A DNA stretch of 64,000 nt from Camelus ferus (Eukaryota): NCBI RefSeq assembly GCF_009834535.1, contig NC_045697.1, positions 110,610,001-110,674,000 of the forward strand, written 5' to 3'. Both the position numbers and the translations under genes were made by a program. The notes beneath the pieces were generated by a model. It was not told where the DNA came from, did no database searches, and saw nothing but the letters and a program-made list of their open reading frames with translations. Positions 1 to 14,584 of the stretch are shown here, in pieces (the stretch's first letter is position 1; each line of letters starts with the position of its first letter).

Positions 1-408
1 CCAGGCCTGTGTCTCAGGCTAGAGATCGCAGGAACCCTCTGTGCTGGTTTCTCTCAGTTCTGTCTGCCACGTGGCTGCTTCTTTCTCCACTGAGCCTCTG
101 AAGCTCCCTTTCTGTCCCAGCTGACCTCCCAGCTGGGGAGGGCCCTTCCCGGGGTGAGGGTGCTTTCCCTCCTTTGCCACTCTTTCCCCAGGGGACAGGT
201 CCCATGCTAATTTTCTCCTTCTTTTTCTTTCTTTTTTTTTCTACCCAGTTTTGTGAGGCTTTCCTTGTATTTCCGAGCATAAGAGGTATTTTGCCAAAGT
301 TCAGTAGGTGCTCTGTAAGGTTTGTTCTGTACGTAGAGGTAGTTTTGCTGTATTTGTGGGAGAGGGTGCGCACCGTGTCCTTCCCCTCTGCCATCTTGGC
401 AGTCCCCC
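1..408 (-). mobile_element. LINE-1 5' end (5' UTR); element continues past the left window edge
   Basis: Minus strand begins GGGGGACTGCCAAGATGGCAGAGGGGAAGG, carrying the CAAGATGGC (YY1-type) motif typical of L1 5' termini, followed by GC-rich UTR-like sequence. Confidence 0.7.
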
Positions 409-499
409 TAGGAAGACTGATCACAGCTGCAACTTTAAATGTATTTGTATGATTTTTGATTACTGTCTCTCTGTCTCTGAGCGCCAGCAGAGAAGGACT

Positions 500-704
500 C
501 ATGGTGTGCTGGAACCAGCTCTAAGAACCCATTGTAGACATCTTTCCCCAGCTCCACAATCAGAGACGGCACGTTGACAGCTTGAAGTTAGACATGGTGA
601 GAGTATTTACACCATGGCAACTGGCTATAAATTCATTTTGTTTTCCCCTTCCTGGGGAAATGTTTATTTAAATAGTTATTTAAATGTTTACCAGCACACT
701 ACTG
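500..704 (+). mobile_element. MER63-like hAT-Blackjack non-autonomous DNA transposon
   Basis: Termini tggtgtgctgg ... tttaccagcacactactgg; internal cagcttgaagttagacatggtgagagtatttacaccatgg resembles the MER63 core. Confidence 0.7.
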
Positions 705-3399
705 GAAGAACCAGGTGTTTTTTTTTTTTTTTTTCCACTGTTGTATCCTTACCAAATAGGAGTCTTTGGCCACATAATAGATTATCAATGAATATTTGTC
801 AAATAGGTGAATAATTCAGCGCCTACAGCTCTCCTATCCTCTTGGGATGGCTTTTTCTCTTTACGATCCAACTGTCTTTAGCATTTTCCAAGAGGAGTAT
901 TGGACAGTGGCCTGTTTACCATTTTTGAGTGGGTTGTGGCAATTAAAATATTGTTTGTATTCATAACTGTTACTTCTTTTCTGGAGGGAACAGATTTCCT
1001 CTCCTCGCGCATGCCCCCAACTTACTGGCTCTTCAAAGGCCCTGTTGTTTATTAAGGCAGAACAAAGGACCCAGCATGAGACAAATGGGACCTACCAGGT
1101 GACAGTGCATATACATCAGCAGAGAGACTGTATACAAATTTATGTGCAGTTACAAATGGAAATCGCTTAAAGTTCCATTTCTGCCCTTCTCATTCAAGCT
1201 TTTCTGGCATTGTTTTTTTTAAGCCTATGTAGAATGTATTGTGGAGAACAAGGCTCAGTTTTAGCTGTTGATCAATTTAATTACTGCCTGTGGGGATGCA
1301 GCATGATACAGCTCTAGGTTTTTCAAATTTGGGACATTCCATGTGACCATTATAATTTTTGCTGTTGACACCGTGTATTAACACATGTGCAAGCCAATTG
1401 TATTGTTATTTGTAATATTTAATATTTTTCTTTAATTGAGCAACTTTTACAAACTTCAGTTTATTTTTAAAGTCATTTTACATCATGCTTTTGAGCGTTT
1501 TATCCCCCTAAGTTCAAATGAAACTAACACATAAAGATGTCCATCTACATACACCAAATATCATCTCATGTACTGTCAGTTGTATCCCTCACACATTTTG
1601 GAAAAAAATTAATAACAGAGAAAGAACCTAGAGTTTGGAGTTGTTTACATTTGGTTGGTATCCTAGATCTCCCAGAAGGGCACTTAGACTCTTAGATCCT
1701 TTATCTGTAAATGCAACTCCCTGACCTTCAGGGCAGGACAGCAAGTAAGATGATGTACAGAACCTGATGACTAAAGGGTGGTGCTCAGAGCAGATGCTCC
1801 ATAGATTAATTTCTTTTTCCATTTACTACTCACCTTTATGACTGGCTCAATCATCTCCTTTTGGCTATTACTAAAGCATATTTTATTGGGATGCAATTTT
1901 TATAGTAAAATGCATCAGTCTTCAGTGTATTCAGATCAGCATTTGTTCATTATTGACTTGATTTACTGTTTGAATTGAATGTTTGAACATTTGACCTCTG
2001 GTGTTGGACCTGGTATTTACCAAATGTTTGATTTTAGGAGCATCGTGGCTTCTGTGAGTTTCTTTATTCATACAGAGAATGCTGGATGAATCTGAGTTAA
2101 AAGTACTGTTCACAATTGCTAAGTGCTGCCCACACATTCTTGTTAGTGATATTTCTTTCATTAGTCTTATTATCAATATGAAGGCTGGGGTTTTCTAACT
2201 TGGACAAATCTGTAACTTGTTACCCACACCTTGCCCAGGAATGCTCAGCAGTCTTGCTCCACGTGAACCACTTAGCAATCAGCAACTTGCAATTCAAAAT
2301 CAGCAGCTCTCTGGGGGCAGATTCACAAGTCGGAAACAATCACCCAAGGCTTGCTGACTTGTGTTTCTGCCTCAAACTGCAGGAAATTAGCAATTAGCCA
2401 CCTTTGTGGCATTTCCACAGCTGGGTCTTGAGTCATGATCAATCAAAAGCAGAAATCAGAAATTATGATAAAGGAACTTTGCTTAGATACCAGGTGCCTC
2501 ATTCCAGCTCAGTCTGTCCATCAACAAAATACATCGTTTGCCTACTATGAACTTGGCCATTCTGATACCATCTCTCCCAAAACCCTCTGTGACCCCACCA
2601 GTCCTCGCTGACCTCTCTCCTCTGAGTCCTGATCAGTGAGCTTGCTGGGCTGTTACACCCCACAGTGAACTCTTCTCCTGTGACCACATCGTTCATGAGC
2701 GCAGTGTGTAACTCCAGGAAATACCACATCTTTGTTACTTTTTTGTGAGGAGGCAGGTCTTGTTTTCATACGTTCTACCCCTTAATGGCCACATAGAACC
2801 ATAAGCTATTCAGGGGAAGTCTGGGAAAGAAAAATTCCTGCTTAACATGAGGAAGCAAGAACTTCCTTACAGGCAGAAATGTCAGCCGGCCAGATGGCTG
2901 CTCCAAGAGTGAGTATCCTCCAAACGGGTATCGTTCAAGCAAAAGCTACACAATCATCTGACAGTGATGATGTAGACCGAGAACTGAGAAGTTCAGGAGG
3001 GCAGGCGGGCTAGCTGAGCTCCAAGCCCCTTTGTGTATAAACTCTACGATTCTCTGCATTCCAGAGCACCCTGGAATGGTTACCAGCACAAGGGATAAAC
3101 AGTAGAATTGGAGAAACAAGATCTACAAGCTGAACAATTAGTAAATATGCTCTTGGAAAAACCAGCATTCTTCACTGACATCCTGATAAAGCATGGAGTT
3201 AACTAGTGCTGTGTTAAGCGATTTCCTTTAAAATACTTTGGTACAGACAGTGGGACACAGTGGCTGTCATTATTAGTCAGGTTAAGCCACAGCCCAAGCA
3301 GTTCCAGTGCTCTCACTGGATCAGCTGCAGTTCTGTTAAGGAAGCTCATATTCCAGAGGCGATTTCTACAAATGCTTCTGTCATCCCGAGGGGCAAAAG

Positions 3400-3640
3400 G
3401 CTTGTGAAGACTGCGAACCCTGGACTCGGACTGCCTCAGTTTGAATCCTGGCTCTGTCATTTACTAGTTATGACATCTCAGGAATTGAACTTACCAGCAA
3501 TTCAAGTTTTGAATCTATAACATTGGGATAATATTAGTGAGTGCCTTGTAGACTGCTAAGAGGATTAAATGAATCAATATGTGTATAGCTTTTAGAGTAG
3601 TTATCTACCACACAGTAAGTGCTATATAAGTGTTATACAA
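3400..3640. mobile_element. MIR SINE fragment
   Basis: gactgcctcagtttgaatcctggctctgtcatttactag ... gaggattaaatgaatcaatatgtg ... cacacagtaagtgct. Confidence 0.7.
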
Positions 3641-4038
3641 ATAAAATAGATTGACATCAGAGTCTTTGCTTAATAACATGCTAAATGCCAGAAATGGGTT
3701 CTTGCTGGTGAAATGAAAGGTATTCAAGTTGTGTAGACTGGTTGGCATAATCTAGAGACACTCTCTGTCCTTCTGTGCTCACATAAATGGGATATAAGAG
3801 CAAGGCTAGTAGGCATGACAGCCATGAGTTAACCCTTAATTACCCTGACCAGCAATTGAGTCAGCAGATTCTGGTTTCCTGATACCAACTGTAAGGGAAA
3901 TAGAATCCTGCCTCTGGAATATTACCACTTTGTCTTGACTAAACATTTAAAGTATGATGGTAATTGGAGCACTAAAAACATAAATAACTGGAATTCATGG
4001 AGATTGCAGACAGACTATATGAACATTGTGTGCCTACG

Positions 4039-4560
4039 TGAGATAGGAAGGAAAGCGGGGCAGGGCACAATCATTAAAGGAATGACACAGCAGTTGAAGA
4101 CAGAACAAAAACTGATTAAAATCTGACTAGGCCCTTGATGGCAGAAGACTCAGCTCCCAGTAGACCTCGAGCTTCATTATACGCTCACTGTAATAAATTA
4201 ACATGGTAGGTGGCACTCCCACGGGTGCCATGACAGCTCCGAGGCTGACCATAAACGGTTAAAAAGTGGTCAGTGGCCCAACTCCTGGGAAGCCCAGACC
4301 CTTTCCCAAAGTAGCTGAAATAACTTATTAGCATATGGAGTTACCAAGCCGATAAAAACTAACAACCTCGCACCCGAAACCCATCCGCCCCCATCCTTTG
4401 GATATGGCCTGCACTCTGGGGAGTGTGTATCTCCCTGAATACATCTACTTTTACTCAACTATAGCTGAGTGAAAGGACCCACACTCAGCAGGGCGTCTCC
4501 CAGGGACTCACCTGAGACCTGGGACACGGCCATGCTCTTGTGCCCCATTTTCCTGCAACA
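4039..4560 (+). mobile_element. Solo ERV LTR (family A here)
   Basis: TG...CA termini (tgagatagg ... ctgcaaca); homologous to the LTRs at 10591 and 14585 (shared gggcagggcaca...aaaggaatgacacagcag). Confidence 0.8.
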
Positions 4561-7442
4561 TAGCTGCTAATGGATATTTGTACAGTAAATACATTTATGT
4601 GATAGGATTTGTTCTGAGACTTGCTTTTATTATAGCCCAATGGAGAGTTTGTGGGGAAGACACTCTCACTCATATCAAATTTTTAGATTACCTACAAAAA
4701 TGATCAATTCTAGGAATTATGTATGACCAAACTGAATTAGGTTCACTTCACAAGGAACAGAGAATAGACTGGGGGATGTCATGGGGGGTTCAGTATGATC
4801 CACTGAACCCAGTCATTGAGAAGGATGTAAGGACACACCAGCAGAGAGGGTGAAACTCGAGATTCTGTAAATGGATGAAGCATAGGTACCAGCAGTAGGA
4901 AAGAGAGGAAGGAAGGTGTGAGAGTGACAGAAATTCTGAGTTAATGAGGATTGGGAACAAAAAGTTTGGATGAAAGGGGTAATGTCAAAATATGGAGAGA
5001 TTAGAAGTTAGGCAAGTTGCTTTTGGCTGGGTGGACACTACAGAGCTTTCTAATATGGCTTGTCTGAGCACTTCACAGAAATGCTCTCCTGCACATCACC
5101 AATGACCTCCTGGATTCCAAAGCCAGAGAGCTTTGGTCCACCATTCTGCAGCATTCGACCTTGTGATGTACCTTCCCTTTTGGAAGATGACATGTACAAA
5201 GGGGGAAATGCCAACCTCAGGCCCTTGAGAGAATTCGGGCTGGAGATCCAGATTTGCTAAAGCAGAAGGGTTGATGCTGTGGCAAGGGATAACTTGACGC
5301 TGTGTTGGGGTTCCTGGATACTGAGAACTGTGATGGAACTTTGGAGGATGATGACATTTAGAGGGGAGGGAGAGAACTGGGCAGCAGAGCAGTGATTAGA
5401 AGCCAGGAAAGGAATCAGGGAGTTCAGAGAGAGAAGCCAAAGGACTCTGTCAGTGCTCAGTGAAGCGTTGCTGTTGTGGGTGGCCCTGGGGGTTGCCAGG
5501 GCGGGGTGGGGGGTGTCTCTGTGCGTTTGTAAGGAGAATAGGAAGGACAGTGAATAAACTGTGGGAGGCAGCAGGAGAACAGAAGATACATCAGACCTGC
5601 CTACGAATTTATTAGCTCCATAGATGCATCCACCTAGAAAATATCAATGATTCACTGAGATAATGATTTTCCTTGTCTTCCTCTGTTTTCTTTTTAAAAA
5701 TCTCTTCCTGTAGTTCCTCTTCCATGCTTCGTTGGTCTATTAAATCACAAAATGTTAGAACCTGCGTGTCTCTCCTTGACAAAGCATAGGCCCTGTTTCC
5801 ATGGAACTCCCTGTGGTTTTCCATTATGAGAATTATTATAAAGATATATGCACAAGGAGAGCAGATAAAAGAAATCATCAAAATGAATAGTAATTACACT
5901 TAAAAAAAAAACACTGTCTTCTAATCAGTGGGAAATGTTTGTTTTTAAAGTATTTGGAATTAAAAATAATTGGTTTAATCTACACTGTTTCTGCAAGCTC
6001 TAGACACCCCGTACTAATAACCTTTCTTTAATTTTTTGAATAGAATGTAAAGGACAGTATTCTAGTGAACAGGATCATTCATCCGTCCAACAGATATTCA
6101 TCCTGATAGCCTCTTTTGTGCTGGCACTAGAGATGCATCGATGACCATAACAACAACAACAAAAACCCCTGCCCTCAGGGAGCTTGCATTCTGGATGTTC
6201 TGCAAAGGTCACACAGACAACAAATTTTAATTTACTTTATCAGCTGTCTTGCTTAGATAAGTTTTTAAACTTGTCAGCCTCAGGTCCCTCAGCTATAAAA
6301 TAGGGTTGCTATGAAGATAAAATGCTTAGAACACAGGTAAATCCTCAACAAATTTGTTAAAGTCAAGGGATAATGTATGTAAAAATGCTATGAAAACTCG
6401 AAAGCAAAATACCTAACTTAATTAAAAAGTTACCATGGGCTGGACCACCTTGGAGGCTATTTGTCCTGTGACTTTTCTGGTGCTGTTTGTCCTTGGAGGA
6501 GGGACAGTCATGTCTGGTGAGCTCCACCCTGTTTCTGGCACCACTGCTGGGAGTTCATCTGGCATTCCTGGTGGCCCACCTCCAGGGGCCTCGCCCACTG
6601 GGAATTTATTTGGCTTCCTCCATTTATGTCCCCATAAAGAATCTGAAGGAACTTTTAAACTCTTAACTCTGAACTATATAATGTTTATGAAAAGCTAAAA
6701 TTCCTTTTTAACACTTATAAAAAGCTTTTGTTATCATTACATTTAGCTCTTTCTGTTGGAACAAAAATAGAACTTTTCTGCCACCTGGTTCTGCAAAACT
6801 AATCAGGGTCTGGTTGATTTATGACCACGAGGTTGCGTGCTTCGCTGAGGTCCTCAAGATGCACCATCGTTACATCGTCCTGTTGCATGCTGGGTAGGAG
6901 AGAGAGATATCCAGCCTGTTTTTGGCAGAATGATCCCTTAGGGGTTGCAAGGTCTAAACAATTAAGTGATTCCTTCCAGCCTTTCTGAATAACATTTACA
7001 TAAGCTCTAATGAATATGTTGGTTTCCCTAGTGAAATTAACCCAAGTAAATGATAAGGTGAACGGGATGTGTAGAAGAGAGTGTAATATTGTAGTCGTGT
7101 GGCCAGCGTCAAAATCAGCAACAACATCAGTATCATCAGCCCACATCTTCTTGTGGGAAGAAATACGGAAAGCACCCCAGTATTCAGGGCTTTTAAAAAT
7201 GACTCTAATGTGAGAAATCCGTGGTCTGATGAGTTACTATGACAGTTTTTAAAATTTTTGTAATATTGAAAATTTAAAAATACTGTAAATTTTAAAAAAT
7301 TCAAAGGATAAGGTAGAAAGTGGAAGTCATCTAAAGTTCCACCACCCTGAGATAATTACCATTAACATTTTATGCCCTACCTACAACATACCTTAAATTT
7401 TACTTAAATGATATATAATGCGTGCTGTTTTTGACATGACAT

Positions 7443-8283
7443 CTTTTTTTTTTAACTGAAATATGGTCAATTGACAATATTGTGTTAGTTTCTGGTGTAC
7501 AGCATATTGATTCAGTTATACACACATATATGTTCTTTTTCGTATTCTTTATCATTGTAAGTTATTATAAAGTATTGAATATAGTTCCCTGTGCTAGTCA
7601 GTGGGGCCTTGTTTACCTATTTTACATATAGTACTTAGTATCTGCAAATCCCAAACTCTTAATTTATCCCTCCCCACTTTCCCCCTTGATAACTATAACT
7701 TGATTTTCTATGTCTGTGAGTCAGTTTCTGTTTTATAAATAAGTTCAGTTGTGCCATTTTTTAAGATTCCACATATAAGTGTTATCATATGGTATTTGTC
7801 TCTCTCTGTCCAACTTAGTATGATAATCTCTAGGTCCATTCATGTTGCTGCAAATGGCATTATTTCATTCTTTTTTATGGCTGAGTAGTATTCCATTGTG
7901 TATATATACCACATCTTCTCTATTCAGTCATTTGTCAGTGGACATTTAGATTGCATCCATGTCTTGGCTATTGTAAACAGTACTATGACCATTGGGGTAC
8001 ATATATCTTTTCAAATTAGAGTTTCCTCTGGATATATGCCCAGGATTGGGATCGCTAGATCATGTGGTAACTCTATCTTTAGTTTTTTTAAGGAATCTCC
8101 ATGCTATTTTTCATAGTGGCTGCACCAAACTGCATTCCCACCAGCAGTGTATAGGAGGGTTCCCTTTTCTCCACAGCCTCTCCAGCATTTATTGTTTGTG
8201 GACTTTTTAATGATGGCCATTCTGATGGGTGTGGGGTGATACCTCACTGTGGTTTTGATTTGCATTTCTCTGATAATTTGCAA
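7443..8283 (-). mobile_element. 5'-truncated LINE-1 (ORF2 end plus 3' UTR)
   Basis: Poly-T at 7444, typical L1 3' UTR, and ORF2 C-terminal sequence (ccatgtcttggctattgtaaac, cattcccaccagcagtgt, gatttgcatttctc). Confidence 0.9.
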
Positions 8284-10590
8284 TATTGGGCTTTTTATTT
8301 TTTATGTGCCTCTTGGCCATTATTATTGACAGGGCATCTAAAATCTTTGTTTCTATGTCCTCTCCCTCCCTTGTCATTTTTAACTGCCAGCTCTGCATCT
8401 CTCCATATCTTTCCCAATGTATGTAGTCATATATAAACACACATTTTAAGGCAGTTTTTAAATCATTGTTTTACAAAAGTAGAATTCATTATACATAGAG
8501 CTCTCCATATTGCTTTTGTATTGTAAAATTCTTTTAAATTTATTGGTATGGATGTAGCTCATTCTTGGAAAAGGCTACATACTATTTCATATCATAGATA
8601 AACCACAATATGTTCATTCATGGTCCCACTGATGAATATTCCTTTTGTTTTACCGGTTTTGCCCCTGTAAACAAAGCTGAAATCCATTTTTCTTGTACAT
8701 GTATCTTTATGTTTGATATTTTTCTGTCTAAGGAAAGATTCCCAAAGGTGAGAGATTGGCTGTACCACTAAGAATTTGGACTGGAGAGGTAATTCAGAAA
8801 GACGAATTTCCTTTCTGGCAGAGGGGTATGAGTGACAACACTAGTGACAAAAAAAGCTGAAGTGAACATTAGATGGTCGCGGTCATGCTCTGAACATCAG
8901 CTGTGCTCTAAAAATGCATGCTGACTAAAGAAATGGATGAGCGAATAACTGCAGAATTCCTTCCTTCCCCTTATTGCTTCAAATCCACTTCAGTGAAGTG
9001 ATAAAAGCAGATTGCTCTGGTTCTTCTATCATATAAACCCCATTCCGTTTGCCTGTCAAGTTTAGTGATCTAGGGATGACCAGCCCATTCATTTGCATTT
9101 TACATACTTTAAAGCTTATTTACACTGCTGATAACCTAACTGAATTCCTCGGGAGGCCAGTATTGTCCAGGCCTCCCAGACATTGCATCTACTCAAGACA
9201 CCCGTCACACCATTGTAGCGTTGTTTTTAGTAATACGTTTTCCTAAACGTCCCTTCCCTTGGCTCCTTGACTTCTGTTATGTTCTGTTCCAGTTTTGATT
9301 GTAAATTTGCCAGACGGCTGCCAGAAGTCAGCAGGGTTGAAGGCTTCACTTGTCTGATGGCCACCTTCCACATTTTCACTTCAAATATTTTGCATTTTTG
9401 TGCCAATACATAAATCTTTCTTCTTGGAAGTAGTGTATACACCAAATCTAGATTTGGATTAATTACTAAGGATGTATTACTCATACAGTGAAAGAACGTT
9501 CTAGTCTGATAGACTGAAACACTTGCATTTAGATTCCTATACTTGAAAAAGTCAAGGATCTTTATTGCACTTACTTGCTAATTTCTAGTGACCCCTTGGT
9601 GTACGAACTAGAAAACTTGAACAACTTAATCACCCTTGAGTTGACACAAAAAGCAGCAGAATTTTATTTCAAAAAAGGCACCAAGATACATGTCCATAAT
9701 ATTGTAAAGGTTTCATGAGTGACATTTTTAAACCATGACCAAATTTGGTAAATTTGTCAATGCATTCTGTGAATGTATAAAAACAACAGTGTACCAAGAT
9801 TACAGTGAAAAAATTTTTAAATTTTTCCTGATTTTTTTTTTTTTTTTTTTTGGTTCAGGAAATGATGAGACCGCTACCTCTGAAAAGTGTAAGAATGAAC
9901 CCCTCCTTTGCTTTGTCCTCAATTAACCCTCCAGTACCTCTCAGAGTCCATAAGTCACAGATTTCCTGTCCAAAACGGGACTGAGCTTCTAAGGACATGA
10001 AGGAAATCGGGTCTAAATGGCAGGGGAAGCTTCCTTTCAAATGCTAGAGAGTGCAGAGAAGATGAAAAAGAAAACAGGAGAACAACTATGATAATAAAAA
10101 TAACTAGTATTTACTGAGTGCTTACTACTTGACAGTAATGTACGCGCCTGCTTTATCTGTGTGTAAGTTTGCACAGTTGGTATAGTGTTACCATTTCCAG
10201 GAGGAAATGGAGGCTGTGACACATAAAGTAAAATTGTCAGGTTACTCGGTAAATTACAAAGGTGGCCTGGAGTCCTGGTCTCTCAGACCCAAGGTCCATT
10301 ACAGAGTCAGACCTCCGCAGGAAGGACTTGTACCAGGCTGTTTTATATAAGGGATTGAGCAGGCAGATTTTGGTGCAGATGGGGACCCTGAGACCAGTCC
10401 TCCATGGACACTGCATCGCCAGGTCCCTCTGCGGAAGAACTCGTCTGGACCTCTCTCAGGTTGTTTTCTGCCTGGCGACCTTTGGGAGGTTTGAATGCTG
10501 CCGCAGGTGGGAGCACTCAGTCTCTGCGGCCCATCGTCTGCCCTCACTTCTTGCCTGCCTCATTTCAAGTATCCAGATACCTGGCAGGAT

Positions 10591-11243
10591 GGAGACAAGA
10601 AGGCAGGGGGCAGGGCACAGCCATCAAAGGAATGACACAGCAGTTAGCAAGCACCAAGGTGGCGGAGAAGTCAACTCCTAATAGACCTCGAGGGCCAAGA
10701 TGGCAAGAGATTTGACTTCCTGCAGACCTTGAGCTTTATTATACGCTCGTTGTAATACATCAGCATAGTAAACGGCACTCCCACAGGTGCCATGACCGTT
10801 CTGAGGCTGACCGTAAAAGGTCAAAAAGAGGGCGGTGGCCAAGCTCCTGGGAATCCCAGCCCCTTCCCCAAAGTAGTTGGAATAATCCTCCCACTTGTCA
10901 GCATATGAAATAAAGGAGCTCATAAAAACTAGCAGCACTGTGCCTCGTGGTCTCTCACTCCCTCCCCTTCAGAGACGGCCCGCACTCTCTGGAGTGTGTA
11001 TCTACTTTTGTTTTAACCACCCCCATGCCTCGTGGCCTCTCGAACCTTCTAAGATGGCCTACACTTGGGCTATGGGGTGTGCATGTCTGTGAGTAAATCT
11101 TTTGCTCAACTGTGGCAACTGTGGCTCACTCTTGAATTCTTCCTGCGTGAAGCCAAGGACCCCCACTGGGTGGGGTGCATCCCAGGGACTCGCCCAAAAC
11201 CTAGGTCCTGGCTGTGCTCTCATGCCCCATTTTTGCTGTATCA
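10591..11243 (+). mobile_element. Solo ERV LTR (family A)
   Basis: Homologous to 4039-4560; ends ...gctgtatca; flanked by ggat/ggac, a 4-bp TSD with 1 mismatch. Confidence 0.85.
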
Positions 11244-12585
11244 GGACTGCTTGCTGGGTGCGGCCGCAGTTGGCTCTGGCTGATTTTTATGTTGCTGTTT
11301 ACCGCTGCCATGCCCTGCCTGGCCTCACTTTGCTCCAGTCTTCCCCACACTCTGCCCAGGAGTCGTACTCCTTGCCATACCCACATCTCAAAGACTCATT
11401 TGGTGGCGAGGTTCCTTAAAGCTTGAGTTGGCTGGAAGGGATGGAGGAAGTCACAGGGGAGGTGTCAGTCAGGGCACCCAACTCAAGCAGCAACTGGCAC
11501 GCTTGTCCAGGTACCTTGGCGTGTTGCTCCACACACACCCAGGGGCACTTATCCTGTGGGCAGAAGTCAGGACCCCAGCCTGGCTTCCCAGCTCCAGAGC
11601 TGAATATTTATCTTCTTGGTCGGAAGAGATAGCTAATCTAACTTAAGTAGGGAACATAAATACGAGGCTCAGTAATTCCTGACTCTTCCATTGTCTGCAG
11701 CTTATTTGAAAGTCCTGTGGACTAAATCCTAGCCTGCTGTTTCAGTAAACAAAGGATGTTGCAGCTGTAAAGCCACGAGCCACTGCAGCCACCACCAGTT
11801 GGTGTACCCTGACTCCTCTCTTATGTCTTCCACACCGTCCCTCAGGGCTTTTTGAGGGCCTGTCATCCCAGGCTGTAGGTGAAGGCTGCCAGTTGACTGC
11901 ACTCTGAACTTCCCGCATATGAGTAGGCAGGTTAAGACCAGAGTCCCTTGTTATTTTGACAGCATTTATATTTCCCTCCAAGAAGACCTGTTTGGGAGGC
12001 ACTAAACCTAAAAACAAACAAACCCTACTTTTTGGGGAAGATGACCGATAGCACCTATTCCCCTTAAAATTGCAGTTTTCAAGTTAAGCTTTGTTCCTGG
12101 AGTGGCTTTGCTGTTGATGCTCCTGCTCCATGTCCCATGTTGTGGAGCCCCCTAGTGGCCACCATGGTGAAGGTGCTTCAAGGACTTACATCTGGTTTTG
12201 AAAATTACATCCTAGACTGAGTTTCTAAATCATGTGAAAAAATTATTTTATAACTGAAAATAATACATTTATTTAAAAATTGAAAAAACATGGGTAGGAT
12301 TTTTTAATGTTTATTCCAATATTTACTACTTGATGAATATTATTTTATAGAGGTTTGTCTAAAAACAGGAAAAATTCACCCACTATAATTTCTCATTATG
12401 ACCAATCTTGAAAGCCAGTGACCTTTCAATATCCACATCCGCTTATTGCTCAGTATTTTTACAAATAGAGGGCCCCATTAGTCCTTGTTGCTACAATGCC
12501 TATCAGCTAACCAACTTCTTCCTGGCGTGGGTGACAAAACATTGCATGATTACAGAGCTCAAAGGATGCAAACCAGAGTTGGTTC

Positions 12586-13064
12586 CGTCGACTGAAATAA
12601 ATGCACAACCTAAAAGTTGAGAGTTACGTTTTATCTGGCGGGAGGACTCGAGCTGGGATGACAGCCTCTCAGATGGCTCTGAGGGGCTGCTCTGAAGAGG
12701 TAGGGGAGGAGCCAGGTTATATAGGAGCTTTACAACAAAGACCAGGTAGTTGGAACAATAAAAGATTACTTGTTATCTAAAGAAAACCAGGCATCTCAAG
12801 TTAAAGAATTTAGTGCTTTTCTATGTATGGGAGGAAGCAAACATTTGGGCTCTCTGAATTCATTCCTTTGACAAGCAACCAGCTATCTAGGGCCAGTACC
12901 CTGTCCTTTCTTATTCTGAGTCCCCTCAGAGTGCACCACTGTGAGTGGCTGCAGAGGCAGGGCTGCAGGCTTGTCTTCACTGGGGGGTGGCAGCAGCCAC
13001 GAGTGACATGATGGTTCCAGCATTCTTTGTTTACTGATGTGGTTTGCAGTATTTTTTGTTCACA
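12586..13064 (-). mobile_element. Solo ERV LTR (family B)
   Basis: Perfect 4-bp TSD gttc (12582-12585, 13065-13068); homologous to 13888-14388. Confidence 0.85.
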
Positions 13065-13887
13065 GTTCAGAACGTCTCTTCGTTGTTCCAGCTCTATCCC
13101 AAGTTGGAGGCTGGAAGGTCATAATCCGTGAACTCAGATTGGTGGAGGTCAAATTTCCCCGTAGACCACATGTTTGATATTTTGTTAGGAAGGGCGATGA
13201 ATACCCTAGGGAAAATGGAGCGTTTCATCACAAAATGGCTCACATCTGCTTTCGCTTAGATAATGACTTTTTTTTCACTTTTCTCTTCTTAGTAAATGGC
13301 TTTCATAGTTGGTTGTTATAGAACATCACGTGAAAACAAAGTGTTTTCTCTGTGTCTTTTTGTTTATTGAATCTAAAATATCTTTATTATCGACCGTTAG
13401 ATTGTCAAGTATCTGTCAGTTTTTGCAGATCTGTTTTTAAAAATTGTCCACAGAGTTCAGTGGGCAGTACTCAAGCTTCCCTTCCAGGAATGGCCGTGTC
13501 CTGTGTGAGGACTGGTGATAACCAGTTCCCTGTGGCTGGTTTCCAGTCCATCAGGGGCCTCATCTGATGGGTCATTACTGGTTTTTAAAATATTTGGACT
13601 ATTTCAGCCCTCAGCTGCTCTGGTTCCTGAGGCAGATTGCTCCTTGTTACGGTGGTGGTATATCAATTTCTCATAGACAGTGTGCTTAATATTTATTAAT
13701 AATATATATTGCCATTCTGAGTTCATTGCCTTCCTTCATTTGGCTCTGACATGTAAGCCTGCATTTTCTCAGAGGAGTTCTCAGAGTTGACAAAGGAAAA
13801 CAAAGATGTCATGTTCTTAACTTTCAGGTGTCAAAAGTTGCAGCCTAGATATAGGACAAACATATTAAGAGGAAAATATTGACTGAC

Positions 13888-14388
13888 TGTCAACTGAAAT
13901 AAAATGCACAACCAAGAGTTCTGTTTTATTCGGCAGACATTTCTGAGGACTCAGCCCTCGGTGACAGCCTCTCAGGTGGCTCTGAGGGACTCCTCCAAAG
14001 AGTAAAGGAGGAGCCAGGATATATAAGAATTTTTACAACAAAGACCAGGCAGTTGGAACATCAAAAGATTACTGTTAATTAAAGCAAGCTAGACATCTCA
14101 AGTTAAAGAATTTAGTTCTTTTCTATGTATGGGAAGGTTCAAAGTCTGGGCTCATTGAAATCACTCCTTTGATATACACCTGGCTCTCTAGGGCAGGTGT
14201 CCTGTGCTTTCCCATCTTGAGTCCCCTCAGGGGGCACCCCTGGGGGTGGCTACAGAGGCTGGGCTGCCTGCTTGTCTATATGCTGAGTTCCCTCCAAGGC
14301 TTACTGTCGGGTGGGGGTGGCGGGCTGATGACTTGATGGCCACAGAATTCTTTGTTTAGTAACTGGCTTGCAGTATTTTTCATTCACA
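13888..14388 (-). mobile_element. Solo ERV LTR (family B)
   Basis: TG...CA termini and perfect 4-bp TSD tgac (13884-13887, 14389-14392). Confidence 0.85.
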
Positions 14389-14584
14389 TGACTAAGCATG
14401 ATCTTTCTTCCAGTCATGACTGGAGACGAGCCTCTGATGGGAAAGGCAGACTTGGACAGGGAAGAAGAGTCAGACCTTGGCAAAGGCTGCTAGACTTGGG
14501 CGTGACTGGGTGGGTGGCCGAGGGGGCGGGGGGAGTGCTTGGTAGAACTTCCTAGGTTCATTTTGGGAAACCCAAGAGTAGAAC

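Noticed and set aside
12586..14388. Two same-family, same-orientation LTRs as one deleted provirus
   Set aside because: Each has its own different TSD (gttc, tgac), and I see no PBS, PPT or internal coding sequence between them.
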